Assembly: GCF_021869535.1 (NCBI RefSeq)
Contig: NW_026262604.1
Span: forward strand, 6,138,001-6,202,000
Length of the DNA: 64,000 nt
Direction: 5' to 3'
DNA from: Mytilus californianus
Lineage: Eukaryota
Shown here one piece after another: positions 1 to 11,012 of the stretch. The notes beneath the pieces are model-generated. The model had not been told where the DNA came from. It was given only the letters and a program-made list of their open reading frames with translations, and did no database searches. Numbering within the stretch: the first letter of the stretch is position 1; every line of letters begins with the position of its first letter. Both the position numbers and the translations under genes were made by a program.

Positions 1-845
1 GACACTGATCGATCTGATGACACTGATGTCAGCGAGTGTAGGTCGATTTTATTATTTTTGTTATGATCTGTTATAAATACGTAGTGCACATTTCCTTAGT
101 AATAGTATTTGTTATTTGCAGTCCAGTTCTTGTATAAAGTTTGAAATTATTATATAAAGTAGCATTGCTTACTCACATGCCGATTGCAATTATATTGTCG
201 TGACTGTGTGTATAAATAAAAAAAAATACAGGTATGGATTCAAAGGGCGATAACCACGAATTTATTTCTATGGAACACCCTTTGAACCCAAGTAACATTA
301 CTTTGCGTAACGCCGTTTAAATAGAGAACAGCAGATTAAGTTGGTCTTCACACTCGTAATTATTTGAAGAGTAGGGGCATTAGGCTATTGTAACTCGTTA
401 AATGTAAACTTTAAGATTGTTTTATTTTCTGAATATCATTTCTACATTTTTTTTCTAAGGCCCCTCTTTTAATTTCATGTAATATATAGGCCGTTGCCGT
501 CTTTAAGTTTTAGAATTTTTGACAATTATCTTCAACTTTGTGTGTGATTTCGACTCTCAATCTTTTTTTCTAGACAAACAGGCGTGGATCCAGCCATTTT
601 AAAAAGGGTGTTCCAACCCCCGGAACACTATATGAAACGTTCACATAATTAAAAAAATATTAATAAAAAAAAGTGCTCACGCTGAAATGTCCCACCTTCT
701 TTACTAACATTGATTCAATGTTGATAGAACTAAATATAACTATCACACAAACTTGACATGATCCATGAAAATAAGGTCAAGGTCATATGAACCAAACACG
801 AAATACATGTTCACCTGACAAGCATTCCATAAAGTTGACCTATTG

Positions 846-1051
846 ATTGATTGATTGATTTTTTGGTGTTTTAACGCCACTTTTAAGCCCCGCATTTAGG
901 CTATTTCGTGGCGGCCAGTTTTTATTGGTGGAGGAAGTCGGAGTGCCCGGAGAAAACCACCGACCTTCGATAGGAAAACTGACAATCCTAGTCAATTAAG
1001 ATTGGAGTAGAGTGCACCCGCGCACATGAGCGGGGTTCGAACTCTCCAGTT
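846..1051 (-). mobile_element. tRNA-derived SINE (V/Meta-domain type), 5'-truncated
   Basis: The minus strand reads a B-box GAGTTCGAACC, a central GGTTTTCTCCGGGCACTCCGACTTCCTCCACCAATAAAA and an (AATC)n tail. It is flanked by the 12-bp TSD GTTGACCTATTG (834-845 and 1052-1063). Confidence 0.85.
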
Positions 1052-1874
1052 GTTGACCTATTGCACATAGTATCTAAGAATTAAACTTAACTCGGAAAAT
1101 TTAGCATAGGTCAATTAACCATGAAAGTGAGGTCAAGGTCAGCTAGATGAACCCTGCCAGACAGATATGTACACCTTATGATCACTACATACTTTAAATA
1201 TAGTTGACGTATTGCATATATTGTCCTTAAAACAAACTCAACAAGAAAACTTAACATTTATTAATGAACCATGAAAATGAGGTCCAGGTCAAATGTACCT
1301 GCCAGACAGGCGTATACACCTTTTAATAATTCCATGCACCAAATAAAGTTGACCTATTGCTTAAAGTATAAGAAAATCAAAACACAAACATTTAACATTT
1401 ACCAACAAACCGTCAAAATGAGGTCAAGGTAAAAAAAAAACCTGCTAGACTGACATGTACATCGTGAAACCTTTTCATTTTCCAAATATAGTTGACTTAT
1501 TTCATATAGTATTAGGGAAACAGGCATTAACCCAAAAGATCAACTTAAACCACTGAACCATGAAAATGAGGTCAAGGTCAGACAACACCTGACAGTTTGC
1601 CATATGCACCTTTCAACCATTCCATACATCAAATATTATAGAAGACCTATTGCTCATAGTATCTCAGATAACGACTTGACCACGAAAACTTAACTTTGTT
1701 CACTGATCCATGAAATGAGGTAGAGGTTAGGTAAAAACTGACCAAATGGCAAGGTACGCACATACCAAACATAGTTATCCTATATCCCAAAATTAAAGAG
1801 AAATTACGATTTCTAAAAATCTTAAATTCTTAAGTACTCACCCTAACCAAGAAAATAAGGTCAAGAACAATATA

Positions 1875-2051
1875 CAGTGAAACCTGTTTAAACCGAACCT
1901 TTTCGAGACTAAACATTTTGTTCGGTGTAGGCTGATGTTCTGTGTTATCAGGTCTACAACGCATACAAATTGATATGGCGGTGCTTAAGAACATGTTTGT
2001 TTTATACAGGTTTTCGGTTTATGCAGGATTAGGTTTAGCCAGGTTTCACTG
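1875..2051. mobile_element. Tc1/mariner/pogo-type MITE
   Basis: 12-bp TIRs CAGTGAAACCTG / CAGGTTTCACTG with TA on both sides. Confidence 0.85.
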
Positions 2052-3409
2052 TACATATAACAGATGGATTCTTCATAGCATAAGACATTTATATTCAAAG
2101 TATGAAGGATCCAGGTCTTCTATCTTCTGAAATATTAAGCTTTTAAGAAGTTTGTCAAAACCACCGCCGCTGGATCAGTATCCCTTTTTCAAGCTTTCTG
2201 CGACAGAAGACGCACGACAAAAATGATGTCGATGTCCGAATCACCCTGCCAGACATCAGATACACATTGCAGTCACTCAATACACCAAATATATTTGACC
2301 TAGTACTTGAAGTATCTTAGGAAAGGTCATAACCATGAAAACTTAGCATTGACTAATTAACCGTTTGAGGTGAGCTCATGGTGATCTTAAACCTACAAGA
2401 CAATAATTCTCACATTATAATCATTCCATACATCAAATTTAAGTATAAAACGTGAAAAATAAACATTGTCAAATGAACCATGAAAATGGGGTCAAGGTCA
2501 TATAAAACCTACTAGTCGGACATGTACGTATACATCTTACAATCATTCCATACAGCAAATATAAGGACCGTACTGTCTGCTTAGAGTACCTGAGAAATTG
2601 ACAAAATTACAACAAGAGTGCACACGCTGAAATGTCTCACCTTCTTTATTGACCATTGATTCAATTTTGATAATCCCAAATATAAAGCTTTAATACATGC
2701 ATCACATAAACTTAATTAATCCAAGAAAATGAGGGAAAGGTCAGATAAACCAAACATGAATATAATGTTTACCTTACAATCATGTAATACACCAAACTTA
2801 GTTAACATATTGCTTATAGCTTCTAGGAAACAGATTTTACCAGGAAAACTAAACATTTACCAAGTGCAAGTGCAAGTAAACCATGCCAGAAAGACCTGTA
2901 CAAATTACAATCAATCTATGTGTTAAATATAGTTGCCCTATATTGCTTATAGTTTCTATGAAACAAACATCATCATGAAATCTCAACATTGACCAATGAT
3001 CCATGAAAATGAGGCTACGTCAGATGATACCTACCAGACAGGCATATACACCTTACAATAATTCCATACAACAGTTGATCTATTGGTCATAGTTTAAGAA
3101 AACCGACCAAAACAAAAAACCTTAACACTGCGTTATGAACCGTGAAAATGAGGTCATGGTCTAATAAAACCTGCTAGACTGACATGTACATCATAAAATA
3201 TTTCCATACACAATATTTTAGTCGAATTTTTGCATATAATGTAAGAAAAAAAGACCAAAACACAAAAACTTAACTTTGACCACTGAACTATAAAAATTAG
3301 GTCAGATGAAACCTGCCAGTTGGACATATACATCTAACAATCATTCCATACGCCAAATATAGTAAACAACTATTGCTTAAAGAATATGGTAAATGAACTT
3401 GACTTAATA

Positions 3410-3890
3410 GATATAAGAAGATGTTGTATGAGTGTCAATGAGACAAATATCCATCCAAGTCACAATTTATACAAGTAAACCCTTATAGGTCAAAGTACGG
3501 TCTTCAACACGGTGCCTTGGCCCACACTGATCAGTGATAAAGGGTCCGAAAAAATGACTAGTGTAAAACCATACAAACGGGAAACCAACGGTCTAATGTA
3601 AAAAAAAAAACGAGAAACTCGAAACACTTCAAACTACATCAACAAATGAATGGCCATCAGATTCCAGACTTAGGACATGTGCAAACAATTGCAGCGGGTG
3701 TAAACGTTTTAACAGGTACCAACCTTCACCCTTATCTGAAACAAAAGTGTAAGTTAAGCCTTTATCAACTTATTTATATAGCTCATTCTTATGTTGTACT
3801 GTAATACCACTGTCCCACGCAAGGGGAGGGTTGAAGTCACGCTAACATGTTTAACCCCGCCACATTCTGTATGGATGTACATAACATCCA
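3410..3890 (-). repeat. Interspersed SINE-like repeat; shorter related tails at ~12295-12780 (split), ~52110-52170 and ~63970-64000
   Basis: The shared motif AGAAGATGT(G/T)GTATGA(T/G)TG(C/T)CAATGAGACA, or its reverse complement, recurs at these positions. Confidence 0.55.
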
Positions 3891-5042
3891 CCAATGCAAA
3901 TAAATACGTAATTCATACTAGCATAAAATAACATATTCAATGAGTTTTGATTTTAACCATATACATAAACGCAGTTGGAAATTCGTTCATAATGATAATT
4001 CTATGTTCCATGTAATACTGTGTTATTTAGTGTTCTATGGTAGCATCGATAATATTTTTTTTCTGGTAGTAATTAGCGGTGATTTAGATATATAGTTTTG
4101 AAACTAAGAAATGGCGTCAATTAAAGACTGGCAAATCTGTTATCAATTGGGTAAATATACCCCCTCCCCCCCCCCAAAAAAAAGGTACAGACATCTTCTG
4201 AAGCTAATGTTTCATTTCAAATTCGAAAGGGTTGATTGGTTGATTGATTGTTGGTTGCTTAACATCTATAGGGAACGTGAACCATCGTGGAATTATTTTA
4301 CATATAGAATGGAAATGGGGAATAAGTCAGAGACAACAACCCGACCAAAGAGCAAACAACAGCCGAAGGCCACCATGCAATGGGTCTTAAATGCAGCGAG
4401 AAAATCCTGCACCCGGAGGAGGTCCTCAACTGTATAAGGCTTACGGTAGTTAATGAAAATACCAAACTTGGTAATCTAAATGTATGAACTTTATTTTAAT
4501 AAACAATACTTTTTGGATATACATCAGCTTTTATTAATTCTATTTACAACATTTAATACCAATATGTATTCTAATATTTGGCGCCATATATTAGGCAACA
4601 AATTCTTATTGACTTACATCATTATCTTGATATACATCATATATTAGTATAAGAATGTACATGGTGAAATGACTTGCCTTATTTACTAATCATCTATGTT
4701 ATGTTTATAGTCCTAACTATAAAGTTTTACTACAATTACCACATAAACATTAATACCTTGATCCAAGAAGATAAGGTCAAAGTCAGATAAACAAAACTAG
4801 AAATACATGAACACTTTAAGTTACATTACTTCCATATACCAAATTTGCTTTAATTATAGTTGAACTATTGCTCATTTAAGATAGAGTTTCATCAGGAAAT
4901 CTTAGCATTGATCAGATCAGTAACCATAAAAATGAGGCCAAGTTCAGCTGGACCCCTCCAGAAAGACGTGTAAACCTTACAATCTTTGCACGCGTTAGAT
5001 AAGGTGGACCTATTCAATATAGTATCCAAATAACACACTTAA

Positions 5043-5621
5043 AGTCATATGAAACTTCAAATAACAAAAAAAAATGATGCATATGTTTTTAATATCTAAA
5101 TAGCTAGTTTTTATATTACAACTTCTGAACATGTATTTTTTTCTAAAGATTTTTTTTTAATTTGTCCAAATTTAAAAGAAATTGACTTTTTTGTAATTCT
5201 TGGCTTCCAGTCAACAATTCGCCGACACGTTTTTTGTATGCGTGACCTTTCTCGTAGAAATCTGGTGATCGCAATACGCAAATGTGAAGGGGAAACCAAA
5301 CGTAAACACCGCTCAGTCATCAAAATAAACTATATCTTATTTTACATGTTATACACGTGCTAACATAATTCCATGCTTCTTTGTTGATTGTTTACAAAGG
5401 TGACAACCGGTAAACGTCGGTTTCAAAACACGACCATTAATCAGCTGCCATATTCTAACAACATCAATGACCGATTGGAATATTTTTTTGACGATTATAC
5501 GAAATGGATGCGTCAAAAAATGATGAAATCGTGCACAGGAGACTCAGTTTATGATATATGCATGCAATGTTTAAAGAATTGAATTGTTATAATTTTCAAT
5601 GGTCACGCATTTCGTATGACT
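5043..5621. mobile_element. Kolobok-like MITE (copy 1)
   Basis: TTAA|AGTCATATGAAAC ... ATTTCGTATGACT|TTAC. Imperfect TIR at a TTAA-type target. Confidence 0.6.
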
Positions 5622-5641
5622 TTACTCAGACAAAGTCTTAA

Positions 5642-6188
5642 AGTCATATGAAACGAGTGTCTGGTGAAAAATAATGTTTATCCAATTTTTGAACCAATGC
5701 TTGTTTATATATATCATAAACTTAGTCTTCCGTGCACGATTTTATTATTTTTTACGCAAACATTTCGTATAATCGTCATTTTTTTTTCTCTCTGACTGTA
5801 ATTGTGTGAAAATATGGCAGCTATTTAATTGTTGGGTTTTAAAGCCGTAGTTTGTCAACAATCAACAAAGAAGCATGATTATTGAGCACGTGTATAACAT
5901 GTACAATCAGGTAATAGTTTATTTAAATGACAGATCCATGCGTATTGCGATCACCGGATTTTTACGAGAAGGGTCACGATGAGGTCACTTACTTACCGAT
6001 AATGTGTCGGCGAATTGCTTCCTGAAAGCAAGCAATTAAAAAAAAGAAAACGTCTTCTGAATGTGGACAAATTAAAGAATTTTCTTCGGAAAAAAGTATA
6101 TGTACATAGGTTTTATAATGAAAACTATCCATTTTGTTATAAAAAACATATGCATCATTTTTGTTTTAATTTGAGGTTTCATATGACT
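5642..6188. mobile_element. Kolobok-like MITE (copy 2)
   Basis: TTAA|AGTCATATGAAAC ... GTTTCATATGACT|TCAA. Perfect 13-bp TIR. Confidence 0.7.
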
Positions 6189-6982
6189 TCAAGTATCAAA
6201 CTAAAGATTGATCATTGAAGTATGAAAATTAGTCATGGTCAGACGAAAAAACTGCTGGACAAACATATACACCTAACAATCATTCGATACGCTAAATATA
6301 CTTTATCTTATGATTATTATTTTAGAAAAACAGACCAAAACACAAAAACATAACTTTAACCACTGAACCATGAAAATGACATCAAGGTCAACTGACACCT
6401 GCCAGTTAGACAAATCATTCCATACACCAAAATATAGTAGACCTACTCCTTATAGTATCTGAGATATTGACTTTACCACGAAAACTTATCCTTGTTCTCT
6501 GATCTATTAAATGAGGTCGAGGTCAAGTGAAACTGTCTGACGTGTATGAGGACATTGCAAGGTAGGCACATGCCAAACACATTTATAATATAAGAAATTA
6601 AGAATATTAAACGAAAATCTTAGCTTTTTTTCAAGAAGTCACTGAACCATGAAACTGAGGTAAGAGACAGTGGACATATGACGGAGAAAAACTTCATAAT
6701 ATTAGGCATCTATATTCAACATGTACATAGTATGAAGGCCCAAGTCTTCTACGTACTGAAATATAACGTTTGAAGAAGTGTGTTAACGCCGCAGTGGCCG
6801 TCGCCGCCAGATCACTATCCCTTTGTCGAGCTTTCTTGCTTGCGACAGAAGTTGCAGAATCGACATACATGTGAATTTAGATATCAGTGTACAAGTTTGA
6901 TACAAAGTAGCATGATCTTGTATCCTTTTATGTGGCAAAAGTTCATTCTCAGCATTTTTTCATGTATCATATCCTACATGTC

Positions 6983-9044
6983 CTAATGCGGTAATTTACA
7001 TATATGTGTCTGTGAATTCATAAACTGACTAAATCCTCTTCCACATACATCACATTTAAAAGGTTTATCACCGGTGTGTATTCTGATATGGGTCTTTCTG
7101 ATCTGTACACAACTAAATCCTTTACCACATATACCACATTTATAAGGTTTATCACCGGTGTGTATTCTCATATGGGCTCTTATGATCTGTGCACGACTAA
7201 ACCCTTTACCACATACATCACATTTATAAGGTTTATCACCAGTATGTATTCTCATGTATATCTGTAAGTTATGACTATCAAAGTAACTTTTACTGCATTC
7301 GTCACATTTATAAGGTTTATTTTCATGTGTATCCGTAAGCTATAACTATCAAAGTAACTTTTACTGCATTCGTCACATTTATACTTTTTTCATCAGTATG
7401 CAAAGTACTGTGTCTCTGTAAGCTATCACTATGACTGAACCTTTCACCACATACATCACATTTATAAGGTTTATCACCGGTGTGTGTTCTCATATGGGTG
7501 CTCATGCTCTGTACAAAACTAAATTCTCTTCCACATAAATCAGATATAAAAGGTTTATCACCAGTGTGTATTGTCATGTGTCTCTGTAAACCAGTTAATC
7601 GCATAAAAACTTTTTCACATACATCACATTTATAAGGTTTATCTCCAGCATGAGTTCTCATGTGTGCTTGTAGATTACGATTCTGCATAAACTCTTTACC
7701 ACATACATCACAATGCTATGGTTTATCATCTGTATGTAATTTCATGTGTTGCAATAAGCTACATTTTTTATTAAACTCTTTACCACACACTTTACATACA
7801 CAAGGTTTATCCCCGGCGTGTGTTCTCATGTGTTTCTGTAAACAATGAGTATGCCTAAAAACTTTTTCACATACATTACATGTATAAGGTTTCTCTCCAG
7901 TGTGTATTCTCATGTGTGCTTTTAAATTACCTTTCTGCCTAAAGTCTTTACCACATACATCACATTGATATGGTTTATCATCTGTATGTAATTTCATGTG
8001 TTGCAATAATCTACATTTTTTTCTAAACTCTTTAGCACAAAATTTACATTTAGAAGGTCTATCCCCGGTGTGTGTTCTCATGTGTTTCTTTAAGCCATGA
8101 ATATATCCAAAAACTTTTTCACATACATCACATTTATAAGGTTTATCTCCAGTATGAGTTCTCATGTGTGCTTGTAGATTACCATTCTGCCTAAACGCCT
8201 TACCACATACATCACATTTAAAAGGTTTATCACCTGTATGTGTTCTCATATGGGTCCTCATGCTCTGTCCAAAACTAAATTCTCTTCCACATACATCACA
8301 TTTATAAGGTGTATCTCCAGTGTGTATTTTTATGTGTGCCTGTAAGGTATCTATCCGACTAAATTTTTTGCCACACATATCACACTCATAAGATTTATCA
8401 CCAGTGTGTATTGTCATGTGTCTCTGTAAACTATTTAATTGCACAAAAACTTTTTCACATACATCACATTTATAAGGTTTATCTCCAGAATGAGTTCTCA
8501 TGTGTGTTCGTAAATTACCATTCTGCCTAAACTCTTTACCACATACACCACAATGATATGGTTTATCACCTGTATGCAATTTCATATGTTGCAATAAGTT
8601 AAAACTTTGACTAAACTCCTTACATTTATAAGGCGTATCACCAGTGTGTGTTCTCATGTGTATTTCTAAACCATGATTTGTACTCAATCCTTTATAACAT
8701 ATATCACATTTAAATATGTTGAAAGTCTTTTTATCAATGTGTGATCTCATATGCACCTTCAGATTTGTACCATTACTGCAACGTTTACCACACACTTCAC
8801 ATTCATAGTAATTTTCGCCTGTATTTAAGATGAAGTGTTCCTTTGACTTGTCTGTTGTCTTAACATCGCCTGTATTTAAGATGAAGTGTTCCTTTGACTT
8901 GTCTGTTGTCTTAACATCGCCTGCATTTAAGATGAAGTATTCCTTTGACTTGTCTGTATTTAAGATGAAGTGTTCCTTTGACTTGTCTGTTGTCTTAACA
9001 AGGGAGATCATCATGGTATCAGCTGTATTTTCGTTGTTAGACAT
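6983..9044 (-). pseudogene. C2H2 zinc-finger gene A (~22 finger units); disrupted, or translated only as a truncated 442-aa product (7716-9044)
   Basis: Tandem CxxC-x12-H-x3-H fingers with TGDKP linkers. In-frame TAG at 7716-7718 where TAT is expected, with fingers continuing in the same frame. A 1-bp loss in the A-run near 7385 and a ~13-bp deletion near 7320 shift the frame. It ends with the same terminal finger as paralog B (FSQFMNSQTHIC). Confidence 0.9.
8821..9000. repeat. In-frame coding minisatellite (51+51+33 bp extra units) in the N-terminus of ZNF A
   Basis: The unit GTATTTAAGATGAAGTGTTCCTTTGACTTGTCTGTTGTCTTAACATCGCCT encodes repeated KTTDKSKEHFILNTGDV. Paralog B has a single copy. 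Confidence 0.95.
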
Positions 9045-9101
9045 TTTATTTGTATCTTTTCCTTCTCGTCCACTTCTTACAATCTCTGAGTGAACAGGAG
9101 T

Positions 9102-9130
9102 CTGATGAAAAGAAACGAGAAAAACACAAT
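9102..9130 (-). promoter_or_regulatory. Splice acceptor of the ZNF A coding exon
   Basis: The minus strand reads TGTGTTTTTCTCGTTTCTTTTCATCAG|ACT. The exon is open in phase 0 for 19 codons before ATG 9044. Confidence 0.7.
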
Positions 9131-9184
9131 GAACATAGCTTAATATATTCAGGTAAAATAAGATGGAATGATTTCTATTTAAGG

Positions 9185-9480
9185 AATGATTGTAATATTT
9201 TTTTCTGTCTATGAAGAAATAACATGAAAAATGTGGTGCACACTGAATAACCCGCGTAGCCGGTTATTTAAAGTGTGCACCAAATATTCTTTGTTATTTC
9301 GAATAGGCAGAAAAAATATTACAGTCATTTATTATAATTTAATTCTTAAATCCATTTCAAACCTCAGTATATCATGAAAAAACGTTGATGACGTCACGGT
9401 CACATGACAAAATTATGTCTATGGGCCGATAAACAAAACGACGTCAGCCAATCAGAAGACGTGTTACTTCCAAAATTAAT
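9185..9480. mobile_element. Unclassified repeat with a ~145-bp foldback (9185-9329) and a unique tail
   Basis: Arms AATGATTGTAATATTTTTT..GGTGCACAC / GTGTGCACC..AAAAAATATTACAGTCATT. No counterpart is seen at the same position in paralog B. Confidence 0.55.
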
Positions 9481-9831
9481 TATTCATGTTATTCTAGACT
9501 GATCGTCCAAAAAGAGCTGATGTTAATTTTGTTATCCTCTTTTTAAGATGTTATTATATTTTTGTATTGTTACTTAATGTTTGCCCTTTTGGATTTCGAG
9601 AACCAATGAAGAGAAATATCTTTAATTTTGTTTAAAATTTTGTAAAAAAAAGACCAAATCAGACATTCGGTAATCCTCGGTAGAATCCGCTACTCTCCTT
9701 CTAGATGAGGGTACGGAAGTTGAGACGAATACAAATTAGAGTTACTTTTAATGAATATGTTAATTCAAGGTCAATATATACTAGTCGTAAATATAAATGT
9801 GATAAACTCTTTCTGTAATGAAATAACTTAA

Positions 9832-10413
9832 GGTAGATCATAGGTATATGTTTCCCCGAGATAGATTTTTTTTATTATTTGCCAAAATGAAGATTTTAAT
9901 ATGCTCTTTTTCAAAATATGATAACATGGATGGGTCACCGTGCAATTTTTCAAGCTATGAGTTGTTGGAAATTGCCTAAATTTGCTAAGAATGATCATGA
10001 AAAAACATATTCTCAAATCTACTAGAAAGAATTTTGAAATAAATTGTGAGAAGATAGGTTTTATAATATGTTTCAAGAAAATAAAAATAAAAAAATTGTG
10101 TCACTGAATTTGTTTTCTTGCCACAAGTAAAAATTAAAAAAATCCCTATCAGTTCAGTATAAATTTGTTACTAAAAGAGTTATCTCCCTTTAAATGACTT
10201 TGTTAAAAATAAATGATTCTTAAACACAAATGCTCGGTATTTGTTTAAATATTTTGAATAATGCAATAAATCAGCAAGTTTTCTCAATATAAATAAACAG
10301 TCTAATCAATAAAATTGCACATCTGTGTACAAATTTGCAGATTTGGGCAAAAGCTAGACTGATAGTGTAATGCGATAGTACAATCCAAGATGGCGGTATA
10401 CCATGAATTTACC
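9832..10413. mobile_element. Kolobok-like MITE
   Basis: TTAA|GGTAGATCATAGGTATA ... TATACCATGAATTTACC|TTAA. TTAA TSD and GG termini. Confidence 0.7.
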
Positions 10414-11012
10414 TTAAGCATTATGATATGAATAGGAATAGGAAAAGGCACGTTGTACGTGGTTTATACTGTGGATTCATTGATATTCGTTTGATACCAA
10501 TTTTCGTGGATTTCGTGGGTACCGGGTAACCACGAATTTAAATGTTCAACGAAATACAAATTTTCTACCGAAAGGAAGCAGACTTTGCCAAAACCATGAA
10601 ATCAAATATATACGAATATGCAAGTTTTCATCAATCCAAATATTTACATGTGATAGGTGCACTTTTTTTATGAAGACACCTTTTCTTGCTAATTCATTAA
10701 TATTATAATTAATTTCGCTGACCGTTGTCACGGTAACTCTAACATAGCTTATTTGACATATAATATTGAAGGATTTTATGGATCATTGATCACGGATCAG
10801 TCTGGATCCGTCAAATCCATCACCCATTAGCATGATAAGTGAAGTTCACATTAAGCAGTAACGCATAAGGTTGCAAGTACTGTACATTACATATTTAACG
10901 TTAAACTGAACAGACCCATTGGTGGACTTCGGCTGTTGTTTGCTATTTTGTCAGGTTGTTGTCTTACTGACATATTACCCATCTCTTTCTCATTTTTTTA
11001 TTTTCAATAGCA

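Larger units (their letters stand above)
668..2223 (+). mobile_element. Degenerate Helentron-associated (HINE/DINE-1-like) non-autonomous element with internal ~145-bp tandem monomers
   Basis: The 5' motif GTGCTCACGCTGAAATGTC is followed by monomers containing CCATGAAAATGAGGTCAAGGTCA. The 3' end has a GCC tract plus hairpin remnant (TGCGACAGAAGACGCA) then AAAA. Same architecture as the intact copy at 17581-20010. Confidence 0.7.
2611..6866 (+). mobile_element. Degenerate HINE-type element(s) interrupted by several insertions, immediately 3' of ZNF A
   Basis: Starts AACAAGAGTGCACACGCTGAAATGTCTC and contains diverged CCATGAAAATGAGGTC monomers. Ends with a GCCGCC tract and a TGTCGAGCTTT..TGCGACAGAAGTTGCAGAATCGACA hairpin. 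May be more than one copy. Confidence 0.65.

Noticed and set aside
4111-6218. Short ORFs of 60-110 aa in intergenic and TE sequence (also the many similar ORFs elsewhere)
   Set aside because: They are low-complexity, AT-biased translations without motifs, as expected by chance.
7716-7718. In-frame TAG as programmed readthrough or recoding
   Set aside because: It is a single substitution from TAT, and downstream frameshifts show decay. No recoding signal was recognised.
7076-9093. Plus-strand ORFs overlapping ZNF A (likewise 42097-43432 over ZNF C)
   Set aside because: These are antisense shadows of periodic zinc-finger or repeat codons, with no independent coding signal.
9101-11000. Upstream exon encoding a KRAB/SCAN/BTB/ZAD/SET effector domain for the ZNF genes
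   Set aside because: No such coding exon was recognisable upstream of A, B or C within this window.
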